Assembly: GCF_006345805.1 (NCBI RefSeq)
Contig: NC_043001.1
Coordinates: 122,698,001-122,762,000, forward strand
Reading direction: 5' to 3'
Length of the DNA stretch: 64,000 nucleotides
DNA from: Octopus sinensis
Lineage: Eukaryota
A model generated the notes under the pieces. The model did no database searches and was not told the origin of the DNA. It worked only from the letters and a program-made list of their open reading frames with translations. The translations under genes and the position numbers were made by a program. Numbering within the stretch: the first letter of the stretch is position 1; each line of letters starts with the position of its first letter. Positions 34,885 through 49,555 of this stretch are shown here, piece after piece.

Positions 34885-36759
34885 ACTGTTATGTAAGTAT
34901 GTCACTTATGTATTTAATTATTTAAATTTTTCCTCTGAAGAAGAAGGAGCAGGTTTCTAACAAAGATACAAAGCTCCATCTTTGGAATGTAGATAACTAA
35001 AATAATGTCACATTTTAAACTTGAGTAAAGTCTTGCATAGTTTTACTGTTCCGCTTATAGACTGTATTTGTAATGTGCGAATCAATATAATTTCATTTTA
35101 TGAAATCCAAGCTTATCCTGACTGACAGTTAGGCATTTACTTACCAAACCAACTGCTCCAATTATTATTGGCATAAATGTAAATTTGTAATCCGGATATA
35201 GAAGCTGGAGGTTTCAAAGTAGTTGTTCATAATTATCTTCTTTGTCTTTGCTTTTCAACGAGATATTTACACCAGCAGGACAGTTGACCTAAAGGTCGTT
35301 ACATACTTTTTCTTGTGTATCCCAAATAGCAATATCCGGCCTGTTATGTTTACACACGAAAGATGCTTTGATGGGAATGCTCCACTAGTATTCCTTATGC
35401 TGATATTTGTGTACGTATTCAATAACAGGGGGATTCTCTGTATTTATTCCATGTCAGTCTTTTTTTCCCAATGGCATTGTATATTGTTTTTGCGACAACG
35501 TCATGTCACATAAAGCGGTAATACCTTGATGACATTTTTGGTCAGCTGTTAATCACATGTGTGATGTCTTCCACAGAAATACGACATAATCTACATTTAC
35601 AGTTGCATCTTGGAATTGCAAGGGCCTCATTGTCTCTTTTGTTGATTAGGTATTCAATAGCAACCTCCTGTTATTGAATTGCAAATACATAGCCGTCGAA
35701 GTGTGATGTAATGGTCACGAGTTCAAGAGAGGCTTCGCTTCATATCAATGTTACTATCTTCTTCAAGTCTGCAAGAAAGATACTCATCATGATCTTTTTT
35801 GTCTTTTGGTATTGTGAGCGTTTCATCTCTAGGCCTTCTTTGAGGTATGCTAGTCCAGCTGATTTGGGGTTGTATGGGAGGGCATCAGGAACAAAGTACT
35901 TCATGAGGAACTCAATTACTACAGATAGCATATTGTTTTCTTCACTTTTCAACACCAAGTTAATGTATTTCTTCTTGCTGCAGTTGTTCAGCAAGTGGTG
36001 TCTGACAGAGACTATACGACAGTTAAAAGCCGTCAGCACAAATCTCAAGCCCCTACTTTCTTTATATTTCTTTAGGCAGAGCTTGTCGATATCGGTAAAT
36101 TTTGTAGAGACTTCAAGTGGAAGCTAGAATCTTGCGGGTTTTAATGTCTATGAAGCTGATTTCTTCTACAGACCAATCAAGTATCCCAAATGTGGGAATC
36201 AGCGCTGGTATCACAAACGCATTGCGGGATGTTGTCTTGCTGTAAGAGGAGAGTTCAGACTGCCATATTTTTCTTAGTCTGGTGTGATATTCTTGGGTCA
36301 TTCTATCCTTAATTACAATACCTTGCTATGATATATTTTCATCCATGTCAAGGTACGTGTAGCATTGTTTGTGTAGGACAGGCGAGATAGTATGACCATT
36401 AATGTACAGGTTTTGTGTTTGGGGGACTGATTTTCCCCGTTAGCAATTAAATAAGAACATTTCTTCTGGCCAAATTCCATTCTTACGTCAGATGGAAATG
36501 TTTCTAATTCCAGATGTCTTTTGGCTTTGTTAACATCTTTAGCATAAATACTGAGGTTATCCACAAATAAGCTATGGGTTACATTCATATCTCTTTTAGT
36601 TGCAGACCTTAACATGTAGCTGTTTGGTTTTTGTAGCACGAATGCCTATGGGTTTAACGCCAAAATGAACAGAAATACAAAGATATCTCCCCGGAATATT
36701 CCCTTTGAAATATTTATGGTATTGGAGACAATCGATCCACTCTGTGTTCTAAATATACT
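34885..36759 (-). mobile_element. R4/Dong-type LINE fossil: RT C-terminus, zinc knuckle, restriction-like endonuclease
   Basis: Frames give ISKGIFRGD, HSLFVDNLSIYAK, MEFGQKKC, TSHFDGYVFAIQ, EDITHVINS*PKMSSRYY...HDVVAK, CKHNRPDIAIWD and NLQLLYPDYKF. Confidence 0.85.
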
Positions 36760-37243
36760 TATGTATGTATGTATGTATGTATGTATGTATGTATGTATGT
36801 ATGTATGTATGTATGTATGTATGTATGTATGTATGCATGTATGTATGCATGTATGTATGTATGTATGCATGTATGTATGTGCAGATTTGTATGTTTAGTT
36901 TTATGTATTGGAAAGTTTTACAGATTTTTACAGTTCTAGTGATGGATTGGATCTGTAGTCTTCAAATTAGCTTTCACCTTTCTGGTTTTAAGGAGCCTAA
37001 TTTCTTAAGATTGGTATTTAAGCAGTGTGTTACATATCCCAGGGCCCCAATAATTACAGGTATAAACCTGAACTTGTAATCTGGATAGAGTAACTGTAGA
37101 TTTCTCAATAGTTCAATGTAGGTTTCCCTTTTTCACTGATCTTCTGCTTTATGCTAACATCCGCTGAGAAGTATGTATGTATGTATGTATGTATGTATGT
37201 ATGTATGTATGTATGTATGTATGTATGTATGTATGTATGTATG
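36760..37243 (-). mobile_element. 5'-truncated R4/Dong-type copy (36881-37170) between two (TATG)n arrays
   Basis: Minus frame ELLRNLQLLYPDYKFRFIPVIIGALGYVTHCLNTNLKKLG...TVKICKTFQ; arrays at 36760-36880 and 37171-37243. Confidence 0.85.
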
Positions 37244-38043
37244 CAAGCAGTTATATATGTACCTATACAGGTATGTGCGATTGTATGTAATTATGTATGT
37301 CCTTCCTAAATAATACCTTCAAGGTATGAAACTATTAGTAGCTCAGATTAAACAACATACACATATATATATATAGTACTTATGTATGTATGTATATATG
37401 TATGTGTGAGTATGAATATATATATATACATATATACATGCATAAATACATACATCTATGTGCATATGGTATGTGTGTGTGTGTAATTTTGACAAAGAGT
37501 ACTTACACCTTGTCGCTATACAAAATGCACTCGACTGACATCATAGATGATACGAAGGAGTTGTCTCTTCTCGTAGAACATTCAAACGACAATAACCAAT
37601 TTGTTTTCAATTGTTAGTGTCCATCACTTTTAGCTGCCATCCATTTGACAGTGTAACAAAAAGGAACGTACCTGAAGTTATGTATACAGGTCAGTCAGTA
37701 TAAGCAGCAATCACTTAGTTCAGCTTCATGAACCGTTATATGAATCTTATTTAGATAAGATGGTTTCAAACAATCTTAAGTATGATATGTTACTTGTAAC
37801 ATGTTATGAATGATATGTAGATATGGTTACATGTAACCAACTATGTAGGACACACGTACACACAAACATATATATATATAAGTATGCATATTAGTGTTAG
37901 TTATTTTTATGTCGAGTTATAATAAAAACAGTTTTTATTTGAACTGAAAAACTACACTACTTTTCGTAGAATGTATACTTTATACTTTTACGAAAATAGC
38001 GGTCTCAGTGACTTTCATGCTACCTTTCATTGGACTGAATGTG

Positions 38044-38123
<80 letters not shown>

Positions 38124-38291
38124 GCATACAAATATGCACACACATACACATAAACACCACACTGAATGACACATGAAAAGTAATCACTCACTGGTAGTGA
38201 CGGTGCAGAAACAGAACAACGACGTACATTGGAACAGCACGTAGCATAGGTGAGTGGATAAGTGTAGACGCTCAAGTAGTAGAAAAGCTTG

Positions 38292-38515
38292 TCAGCGCTC
38301 TACCAACATGCTCAATTAGAACAAAGAGGCTCGGTTGATAACTGTAGATGTTAAGGTCTTATCGACACATAGGGCACGACACTTAGACAGATTACGGATG
38401 CCATCAGCGCTCTACCAACATGCTCAATTAGAACAAAGAGGCTCGGTTGATAACTGTAGATGTTAAGGTCTTATCGACACATAGGGCACGACACTTAGAC
38501 AGATTACGGATGCCA
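38292..38515. repeat. Perfect 112-bp tandem duplication
   Basis: 38292-38403 equals 38404-38515. Confidence 0.95.
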
Positions 38516-38903
38516 TACACATAATATCAGACCGAGCTTTAATAGAATACGTGAATGGAGTAATAACACCATCACTCCACCAAACTACGCAAGCTGAAAA
38601 TTAAAAACAGAATGAGGAAGAAATAGAAAAAAGATACGTGTAGAATCATTGTAATATATAAGCACATATACACGCACACAACACACACACACGTACTAAA
38701 AATCAGGACCAGAGGAGACAGGAGGGACAGAAAGTCGCTGAAGGAATCACAGGATGTGACGATAGAACTCTGACAAATAAACTAAAGCTACAAATAATGA
38801 AGCTAAAGTGAGGATCAAATAGTACGTGCGTTTAATTGGCGAAAGATGACATCCCCGGTATATATATACATTGATAAATAAGAATGACGTCAATTTACTA
38901 CTT

Positions 38904-40000
38904 CATCTTCAATGCAATCAATCTTGCCATATTATGTAATAATACACGAGACTATTGATTACTTTTCGTGTGTCATTCAGGTTAATGGTAATAACACAGG
39001 CTCAGATAGACTTCATATTTTACACACAATTCTGAAGAAACATATTTAACATATGCTCTCTGTATATTTGTATGTGTGTGTGTGTGTGTGTGTGCGTGTG
39101 TGTTTACAAGAGAAATCTGTGAAGACTTGTGTTATAGTCTACGCTTTCTTCCACTTGTTACCTTTTCCCTTCGAAAATTCCTCTTTCTAATGGAGATAAG
39201 GTTAGTTTGTATAATTCCCCACTTTTTTCTATTTACAAAATTGTAAAATTGTAAGTTCTTCCAACTGTTAAACATGGAGGAGGATATGTGATTATTTTTT
39301 TTGGCGGGGGGGGGGGGCTATATCTTGGAAATCCGCCGGCCCAATGGTTTTCCTTCATGGCACAATAGGGACAATATGGAACGAGCTTATGGAGATTTGG
39401 CTGTTATTCCTTATAGGTCAAGAGACCATTTAAAAACTTCCACGTTGGCACAAACGCAAATAGATATTTTATATTAATGACATGTAAATGTAATAGATCG
39501 CCAACAAATCGATGTTGGCGACGAATCAAATCAATGTCTTAAAAATGTACTATAAATAAATATTGGTTTCAACTTTTGGCACAAGGCCAGCAATTTTGGT
39601 ACTTATTTTATCGACCCCAATGAAAGGCCAAGTCGAACCGGGTGGCATTTGAACTCAGAACGTAAAGTCGGAAGAAATACCTTTAAGCAATTTTCCCTGG
39701 CGCTGTAACTATTCTGTTAGATTGCTGCCTTACAATGAATAAATATTCTTTTCTATTCTAGGCACAAGGCTCCAAATTTTTTGGGTGGATGGGGGCCAGT
39801 AGGTTAGATCAACCTCAGTACGCAACTGGCACTTAATTTATCCACCCCGTTAAATAAGATTCTTCAGAATTGTATATAAAATGATATGAAGAATCTTACT
39901 GAATCTGTGTTATTACCATTAACCTGAATGACACATGAAAAGTAATCAATAGTCTCGTGTATTATTACATAATGTGGCAAGATTGATTGTATTGAAGATG
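38904..40000. repeat. Inverted repeat pair (38904-39038 and 39861-40000)
   Basis: CATCTTCAAT.CAATCAATCTTGCCA...GTCATTCAGGTTAATGGTAATAACACAG and its reverse complement; a 25-bp third copy lies at 38162-38186. Confidence 0.85.
39261..39366 (+). mobile_element. Tc1 transposase fragment
   Basis: PTVKHGGGYV, frameshift in a G-run, then AISWKSAGPMVFLHG; matches the Tc1 PTVKHGGGSVMVW motif. Confidence 0.55.
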
Positions 40001-40407
40001 TGCTGTCCCTATTGTGGAGGTTGGTCGATTATATCAACTCCAGTACTTAACTCGTACTTTATTTCATCGATTCCGAAAGAATGAAAGACAATGTTGATCA
40101 GGGCGAGATTTGAACGTAATGAGTCGGAAGAAATGCTGCTAATATAATGATTCTGCCAGCTTGCTGCCTTAACAAATACTTCTGAAAGAGGAACACGGCC
40201 AACAGATTTGAGAGGAGGGTTTCTTCAATATCATCGGCTTCAATAATAAGAATCTTCTCTATTATTGATACACAGCCTGAAATTTAGAAGGAAGGAGTCA
40301 GTCGATTACATTGACCCTAGTGCTATATTGGTACTTATTTTATCGATCTTCAAAAGAATGAAGGGCAAAGTCAACCTCGGTGGAGTTCGAACTCCGAACC
40401 TAAAGTT

Positions 40408-40745
40408 AAGTGTACATTATTTACATTTGACGGATAGTTGTCCTCATCTTGTTTGTTGTTAGCATAACGTTTCAGCTGATATACCCTCCAGCCTTCTTCA
40501 GGTGTCATGGGGAAATTTCGAACCTGGGTTCTTATTTCTAAGGTAATAATAATGATGATGACAACAACAACAATAACAACAACAACAACAACAACAATAT
40601 CGAAAAATACCTTAGGATTGAGAACCCAGGTTTGAAATTTCCCCAAGTCGCCTGAAGGAGGCTGGAGGGTATATCAGCCGAAACGTTGAGTCGAATGTAA
40701 ATAATGTAAATAATGTACATAATTCCTCATCTCTTAAATATAAAA
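40408..40745. mobile_element. Family D palindromic pair, heads missing
   Basis: Arms meet in the (AAT/AAC)n linker; hammerhead cores read CUGAAGA (-) and CUGAAGG (+). Confidence 0.85.
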
Positions 40746-41099
40746 CCCCCTCGGACAACTCCCTCCTTGACAAAGACCCTGGGACGTTTTTTTCCGTGAC
40801 TTTTCTTCCTGTGACTTTTTTTTTTACATAGATTCGGAATAACTGTAAGCGGCTGAGTATTCCAAAGACACTATACCCTTAGTACAATACCCAGACCCAT
40901 ATAGTTTTACACAATGTAACACGGGAGAGTTTTCGGACATTCTGTTACAAAGAAAGGAAAATAATTCTTTATTGAAAAAAATCTTATGTCATTTATTTTA
41001 GAATTCACTCAGTTCCGGTTGAATGATTTTGCATGCTTTGAAGTGAAGAAACGGAAATTAAGAATTTGATTGTGAATTAACTGCTAATATTTTAAAGTT

Positions 41100-41455
41100 G
41101 GTGAAGGTGGCAAAATCAATTGCGCCGGGCAAAATGCTTAGCGGAATTTCGTCTGCTACTACGTTCTGAGTTCAAATTCCGCCGAGGTCGACTTTGCCTT
41201 TCATCATTTCAGGGTCGATTAAATAAGTACCAGTTACACACTGGGGTCGATATAATCGACTTAATCCGTTTGTCTGTCCTTGTTTGTCCTCTCTGTATTT
41301 AGCCCCTTGTGGGTAGTAAAGAAATAGACATTTCGTCAGTCTACGACCCGAGTCCAAATTCCTCCAGGATTGATAAAATAAGTACCAGTTGAATAATGGG
41401 GTCGATGTAATCGACTGACCCCCAATGCTGCTGACCTTGTGCCAAAAGTTGAAAC
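41100..41455 (+). mobile_element. SINE family C, two-module form
   Basis: Family C consensus match. Confidence 0.8.
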
Positions 41456-41965
41456 GAATATTTTAAAGTAGAAGACAGTAGATATTACATAACACTAATG
41501 TGGAGTTTAAGAATCACAAAAAGAGAAAAAAATTCAATAGGTGGATTGACGAGATGCGAACTACTTATCTGTCGCTTGCCGTGCGATCATGTTACTGATG
41601 GCATTACAAAGCGAAGATATATATTGCGCACAAAATAAGAGAAACAACTTATGGTGTCAAATTTAAGAAGGTGGCTAATCATATGCTCTCAGGTGTAATC
41701 GATAACACGGTTGCCTGGTAAGTGACAGATATATTGGTTCGTGCCCCCCGCTCACTCAGCTTTGAGTTCTTCCTGCCCAAGAGCTTTAATTCTACCTGAC
41801 ATAAAACAAGGAAGGGACAACTATGTAGAAACTCCTTGTCGACGTAAGAAAACGTAAATACAGAAGCTAGCTTCGTTCTCTGACTAGCTTAAATATGAGG
41901 TTTATATTTCTCTACCGTGTGGAGGCGCAATGGCCCAGTGGTTAGGGCGGCGGACTCGCGGTCAT

Positions 41966-42177
41966 AGGGGCTAAACATAGAGTGGACAAACAAGGACAGA
42001 CAAACGGATTAAGTCGATTATATCGACCCCAGTGCGTAACTGGTACTTATTTAATCGACTCCGGAAGGATGAAAGGCAAAGTCGACCTCGGCGGAATTTG
42101 AACCCAGAACGTAGCGGCAGACGAAATACTGCAAAGCATTTCGCACGGCGTGCTAACGTTTCTGCCAGCTCGCCACC
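41966..42177 (-). mobile_element. SINE family C, joined to a family A head fragment (41915-41965, +)
   Basis: Family C reverse complement directly after TGGAGGCGCAATGGCCCAGTGGTTAGGG. Confidence 0.8.
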
Positions 42178-42424
42178 AGAATCGGTAGACTGCGATAGTT
42201 AGTTATGCCCGTTAACATTCAACTTTGGTGGTCACGGTGGTGTTGGTGAAATTTAGAACTACAGTACCAAATATATCCTTTTCTTATTTAAATGGTAGGG
42301 TGTGGCTTGAAGGATATATGGCTGCTATTTCTAGAAGTTCAACAGACCTCGCAGTGACTCTCTTGTTGCTTCATCATTGAGTTGGCTAAAGTAACCATAT
42401 CATATATATTTTATAGATTTACTT

Positions 42425-42900
42425 GGTAATTTATAGAATTGCTTTGATGTAGCTGAAGTCCTTCACATTGATGTGGGATTTTAGAAGCTTCCTGTGAGGG
42501 ACTGCTCTACCATGAGTTAAAGTTAATTCATTTTCTTGAACTCTTAGGGGTATTGTCTTGCCTTCGTCATCGAACCTCTGCCTTCAACGGGGACCCTTTA
42601 TCATTTGCGGTTTGAGTTTCCCGAAGAAAGATTCTTCGATATATTTTAGTGTATTTTTTTTTATCTTGCTTGCTGAAAGAAGCTGGACTGATGATACAGT
42701 ATAAATCAAAAATGATTTCAAAACCTGAGAGTGTCAACTTTGCTAATCCTTTTTCCAGGGTTGATAAAAATCACTCAACCCTTTGGTTGATATAATCAAT
42801 GATTTTGTCATCAAAATCTTGAGGTCATATAGCCATGTTAGAAATCAATATGGGTTTACGATGATGTAATTGGCTTATATTCAAGACAGGATCTCAGATG
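42425..42900 (-). mobile_element. Helitron Rep-domain fossil
   Basis: Frames give NPY*FLTWLYD (HUH motif region), KKYTKIYRRIFLRETQTANDKGSPL and RQRFDDEGKTI...AVPHRKLLKSHINVKDFSYIKAI, collinear with RepHel motifs ETQTGxDGYPxYRRR, VVPY and AHINV. Confidence 0.7.
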
Positions 42901-43394
42901 ACATCACCAGAGTTTATTTTATTGTGTCACAGTAAGAGGAGTGATACTCTTGATGTATGCAGGACCTTCCTCTCCAACAAGTGAGATCGATATGGTTTAT
43001 GTTCTGCTTGAGCATTTGAAAGTTTATATCTACTGAAGCAAAAACGTTGCTGCCAGTGTGTAGAGGGAATGATTAAGCGAATTTTTTTCCGTGCAGAGTT
43101 TGCGAAATGAGTCACAGGAGCATAATGAAAAAAGAAGAGGCTGTATCGTGTAGGTTTTAACCGGATGTAGTATGTAACTTGATTTTTGAGAGGAGTAAAA
43201 GCCTTTGTAGAGCTTATTATTGTTATTATTAAACCCCAGGCCAACTCTGATCGAGCAAGTGCTATGATTAATAACCTTCTGGTCATGCTTTGATCTGTTT
43301 TCAAGTATTATTTTTACACAAATAGAATCGTTAGCAGACTGGACAGAATACTCAGCGACATTTCTTCGGGATTTCCGGTTTGAGTTCAATATAT

Positions 43395-43626
43395 TTCTTT
43401 ACTACCCACAAGGGGCTAAACACAGAGAGGGACAAACAAGGACAGACAAACGGATTAAGTCGATTACATCGACCCCAGTGCGTAACTGATACTTAATTTA
43501 TCGACCCGGAAAGGATGAAAGGCAAAGTCGACCTCGGCGGAATTTGAACTCAGGACGTAGCGGCAGACGAAATTCGGCCCCGCATTTTTCCCGGCGTGCT
43601 AACGCTTCTGCCAGCTCGCCGCCTTC
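43395..43626 (-). mobile_element. SINE family C
   Basis: Reverse complement of the family C consensus including the tail. Confidence 0.85.
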
Positions 43627-43861
43627 ACGGTTTGAGTTCAATAGTCACCGAGGTTGACTTTGCCTTTCATCTTATTGGGGTCGATACAATAAGTAGCGGT
43701 TAAGCACCGGGATCGATGTAATCGATTTACCTTCTGCCCTAAAGTTACTGGCCTTGTGTCAGAACTTGAAACCATAATTTTTAGACGATGTATCTTTGAC
43801 TAGATTGTCAAATATACCCTTCTTCCTTTCTTTAACACGATGTCGCGTGATTTAAGGGATA

Positions 43862-44087
43862 TTAACCCTTTAGCATTAAATTAATCCGTCAAATATAATG
43901 CTTATTTATTCACATTGTTTTGGACTTATCACACATTATATCATAGCTTTGAGATTTTAATGATTTATTTGTTTATTTTTAGAATGGGATTTTAGAGTAA
44001 GTATTAGAGGTTAGATGTAGGCAGTTCGAACATAAAACAGGTGGAACATTTGGGGTTGATCTGGCCGGTTTGAATACTTAAGGGTCC
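43862..44087. mobile_element. Possible piggyBac-type MITE
   Basis: TTAA|CCCTTTAGCATT left end; degenerate right end TTGAATACTTAAGGGT with no TTAA retained. Confidence 0.4.
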
Positions 44088-44109
44088 AGGTACTATTCTG
44101 GCAGATAGA

Positions 44110-44480
<371 letters not shown>

Positions 44481-44789
44481 CGCGTTGACTTGAGGATAGA
44501 AGAGTAGGTACTGAAGTCGAGAAAAATATGCTTCAAACTCTGTCATATCCCAACTTGGCCATAGCCAACGTCACCGTGTTGTTGCTGTAATCGCATTAAG
44601 AGAGTAACCCCAATAATTCATTTTCAACATTTGACAAAAATGAGTAAATAAATAAAATAATAAATAAAGCAAAAATATAATTTGGTGAAGAGGTGGGAGC
44701 GTGTCTGTAGGTAAGTCATTGTTGCGTGCTGGTAGGTGAACCGGATGTCTTTCTCTTTGGGTGTGGTCTATGATGTTTTCTCAGACGCT

Positions 44790-45366
<577 letters not shown>

Positions 45367-46656
45367 CGGTGTTCACAGGTGTAGGGTGTATAGAGGTCAC
45401 CAGCTATGTAAGCCCAGACTTTGAAGGGATCGAGTTGATAAATTAATAGAAGAACTGTTACATTAACTATAAGCTGCGAAGGATGAAACACAAATGATCC
45501 CGATAAACCCTTTTCATGGCCTTTGTAATCGCAGTTCGCATAGTTATTTATTTTTTCCGAGATCAAATAAGCCAGGCACAATAGTGCACTTCGTTGGGTT
45601 GGGTGGGTAACCAAACTCAATCTTAAGCTTACATTGTTGCTAAGGTGAATCATATTTAGCTTCGATGAAACTGGTGTTTTTTTTCTCTCTCCCCTACTCT
45701 GTCTCAATCGAACTGTTTTCCTTTCTTTTTAATTTTAGTTGCGACAGTCAACGGCTCTTCCTCCCTCTCTCTCTCTCTCTTTCTCACTCACACTATGTGG
45801 TTACGATAATCAAGGCATCTCCAAATAACATACATTTAACCAACACAGTCACCAAATCTCCTAACAACACAACATTGTTGCTAGATCGCCTTCGAGTTTG
45901 TCTCCTGTCAGATTACAAACTATAAATGAGTTCAGGTTTGTTTACTGTTTATGCAACAAAAATGTTCTCAGCAAATAAGAGAATCAATATATCAGTTGAT
46001 ATTCTGACATGCTTCTCGCTCAAATTTGACAATAGTTAATTTTAACGGGGTTCTTTAAAATAAATATAATTCTCACGGCTTTCGGATTTTACGCGTGTAT
46101 CTATATATGTTTGTGTATCTGTGTGTATGTGTTTGTAGGTGTGCGTGTGTTTGTGCCAGTGTGTGTACAGTTCAAAACTGTATTACGAAAACAAAAAAAA
46201 ACAGGTGAGGGAACAACAAAGTGTATCAGTTTGACGCTCAGGGAAAATGGAAGAGTCTTCGACGTTTCGGGCCTATGTTCTTTTAATATGTGTGAGTGTG
46301 TGTGCGCGCGCGACGTGCATGTACATTTGAAAGTATGGGTATCGCTTTGAGTAGAATACTTATTCCCAAGAAGTATAATTCCAATCCTTGATCTTGTACG
46401 AAGTTTTGTTTCAAAGTACGATTTATCACGACCTGCTTTCTTCGAGGATAACTCTAGCTTGCGTCATTGATTTTAATGTAATATATTAAACTTTTAGTGT
46501 AATATATTAATTCTTTTTACCAATATATTATAGCAGACCGTTGTGAAATAACAAGTACTACGTTTTTTTTTTTTTTTGCAGTTTTAGTAGATTTTTCGTG
46601 GATTTAGGGAATCCGTCTTGGTTGCTTCAGGAGCTCGAAAAGCACGTCTTTCCACA

Positions 46657-46690
<34 letters not shown>

Positions 46691-46839
46691 TATATATATA
46701 TATAATATATATATATATATATACATATATACCGGAGTAACACATAAATGTGAAACAAGGTGGAAAAAAGAGTACTCAAATACCAGTGGTAGAGTAATAT
46801 GCTTTATTTAAAGCAGCAGAAAATTCTGCTTTAAATAAA

Positions 46840-46875
<36 letters not shown>

Positions 46876-47166
46876 GGCGGCATTCTTTCGGTTTCCGTCT
46901 ACCAAATCAACTCATTGGCCCGAGGGGTACTCAACTTAGCTATTCATCAAGCTGAGAATACCTTACATTGTTGCTTGGAGTTCAAAAGTTAACTCACCGT
47001 AGTTGTGAATTGAAATGAATTCTGAAAGCGGAAGAACAGAATAGTAAGAAACGAATGTTTGAAGAAAAAAGAAAGCCGTCAAGACGTAAGAAAAGAAAGG
47101 ATGGCGTGAAACATGTAGGAGTGAGAATCGTATAAGGTTGTTAGGCATGAGAGTAGGAGGAAAGAG

Positions 47167-47230
<64 letters not shown>

Positions 47231-47284
47231 CATATATATGTCTGTGCGCGTGTGTGTGTGTGTATGTATAAGTATATATACTCT

Positions 47285-47680
47285 TTCTTTACTCTTTTAC
47301 TTGTTTCAGTCATTTGACTGTGGTCATGATGGAGTACCGCTTTTAGTCGAGTAAATCGACCCCAGGACTTATTCTTTGTAAGCCTTTATGCTATCGTCTC
47401 TTTTGCCGAACCGCTAGGTTACGGCGACGTAAACACACCAACATCGGTTGTCAAGCGATGTTGGTGGGGACAAACGCACACACAAACATACACACACACA
47501 TACATACATATACATATATACGACAGGCTTCTTTCAGTTTCCGTCTACCAAATCCACTCACAAGGCTTTGGTCGGCCCGAGGCTTATAGTAGAAGACACT
47601 TGCTCAATGTGCCATACAGTGGGACTGAACTCGGAACGATGTGGTTGGTAAGGAAGCTACTTAGCACACAGCCACTTCTA
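47285..47680 (-). mobile_element. SINE family B, near full length
   Basis: Reverse complement of the 23157-23560 pattern. Confidence 0.85.
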
Positions 47681-48600
47681 CGCCTATATATATATATGGC
47701 TGTGTGGTAAGAATTTTGCACATGGTCTGGGTTCAGCTCATTTGTCTTAATGTGGATACCACGGATGTAAAGTGCGTGGGTGTGCGGATGTGTTAGTACA
47801 GTGTGAACTAGACGAACGGCCAATAGCATCAGCACCAACTCTCCACTAAGAAATTAATACCTCAGGACCTGCTAGTCTCTAACTTTACCTATCCTACTTA
47901 AGTATCCATAACAACCATTCTTTCCCCTTAAACAAAAGCAACTATCTACACGTATCTTCCCCTCATTCTTCATCCCACCCCTTTTCTACATTCCTAACAA
48001 CCTTTTACAATTTCCACTCCCACACATTTGACCTCATCTTTTCCTTTTTTTACTTCTTGGTCGTTTTTCTTTCTTCGAAGATTTCTTTTATATGTTCTCT
48101 TCATCCGGCTTCAGCATTGATCTCAAATCACATCTACGGTGAGTTAACTTTGGAATTTTAAGCGGCAATGTGGCCTTCACGTAATTAAGGTATTCTAGGC
48201 CTAGTGATTAGCTAAGTCGAGTATCCCTCGTTGAGTAATTATTACACCAGAGGATCAGCTAGCTAAGAAACATATGTAGCCTGGTTTTTACCCGTTCAAC
48301 GCCTTCAATTTGTATTTTTATTCGTATTCACAGCAACTCTAGTTGCTAACTGTTAGGTATACAGAAACTTTCAGCTTATCGAAATTCCTCATAATTTCGA
48401 TATAGAAAAAAGTGTGTAACCTTCGACACCAATAAACTTCTATTGTTCCCGGCCGTATGCTGTCCACTTTTTTGTGTTTTGATCAAGGCAATCACATAAG
48501 TAGAACTTCAACTACTGTTCAAACTGGAATTTTGGTGACACACATATTTGTGCCCTCAAAACGCACGAAAACTACTCATATCCTCTCTATCTCACTCTCA

Positions 48601-48679
<79 letters not shown>

Positions 48680-48756
48680 TAAATTAGAGATAAAACCACT
48701 ATTAGGCAAATCAACAGTGAAAAACATAAACCAATACATAGAAATAAAATTAATTA

Positions 48757-48820
<64 letters not shown>

Positions 48821-48866
48821 ATATGTATCTATCAATCTAGCTAGCTATCAATCTAGCTAGCTATCA

Positions 48867-48924
<58 letters not shown>

Positions 48925-49367
48925 ATCTATCTATCTGTTTGTCTATCTATCTCTCTTTACATGTATACATACGAAAGAGGCATTCAACACATTATTAGGA
49001 GTTCCATTATTATTTATAACAGTTTGATTTGAACCCGTGCAACTTAAAATTTCGTAGGCCGGATACAGGAATCTAGCTCGTAAAGTGATGGGGTGATACA
49101 ATAACTTCAAGATGGCTACGGGAAACTGCGTTGTTATAGGTTAAAGTGTGTGTGTAAGGTGGGGGGTCACATGGTGTCGTTGAAAATAGTACTAAAATTT
49201 CTGTGACATCGAAGCCATCAAAATAGAGTTACGAAACTGAGGTGGCTTCTTGCTGCCTGTATGCTATTCGAAGATCTTAAGTGACATCAAATTGATGACG
49301 ATCGAATGCATGCGTCTGTGTATGTGTTCGTGCGTGTGTGTGTGTGTATGTGTGTGTGTGTGTGTGC

Positions 49368-49401
<34 letters not shown>

Positions 49402-49555
49402 CATGACTTCTGTATGAATGGGTGGATGTGAGTGTCTGATGCGTATGCTTATGTATGTGCTGTGCCTAGCGTATGAGTGCAGGGTGATCGCACCAGTTCT
49501 ATGGTGCGTATGTAGATGTTTGCTGGGGTGTGTGTGCGTATGGTACTATGGTACA

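Noticed and set aside
48081-48138. Plus-strand micro-exon candidates here and at about 41692-41716 and 17438
   Set aside because: Single good splice sites are expected by chance in 64 kb; there is no consistent phase chain or recognisable peptide.
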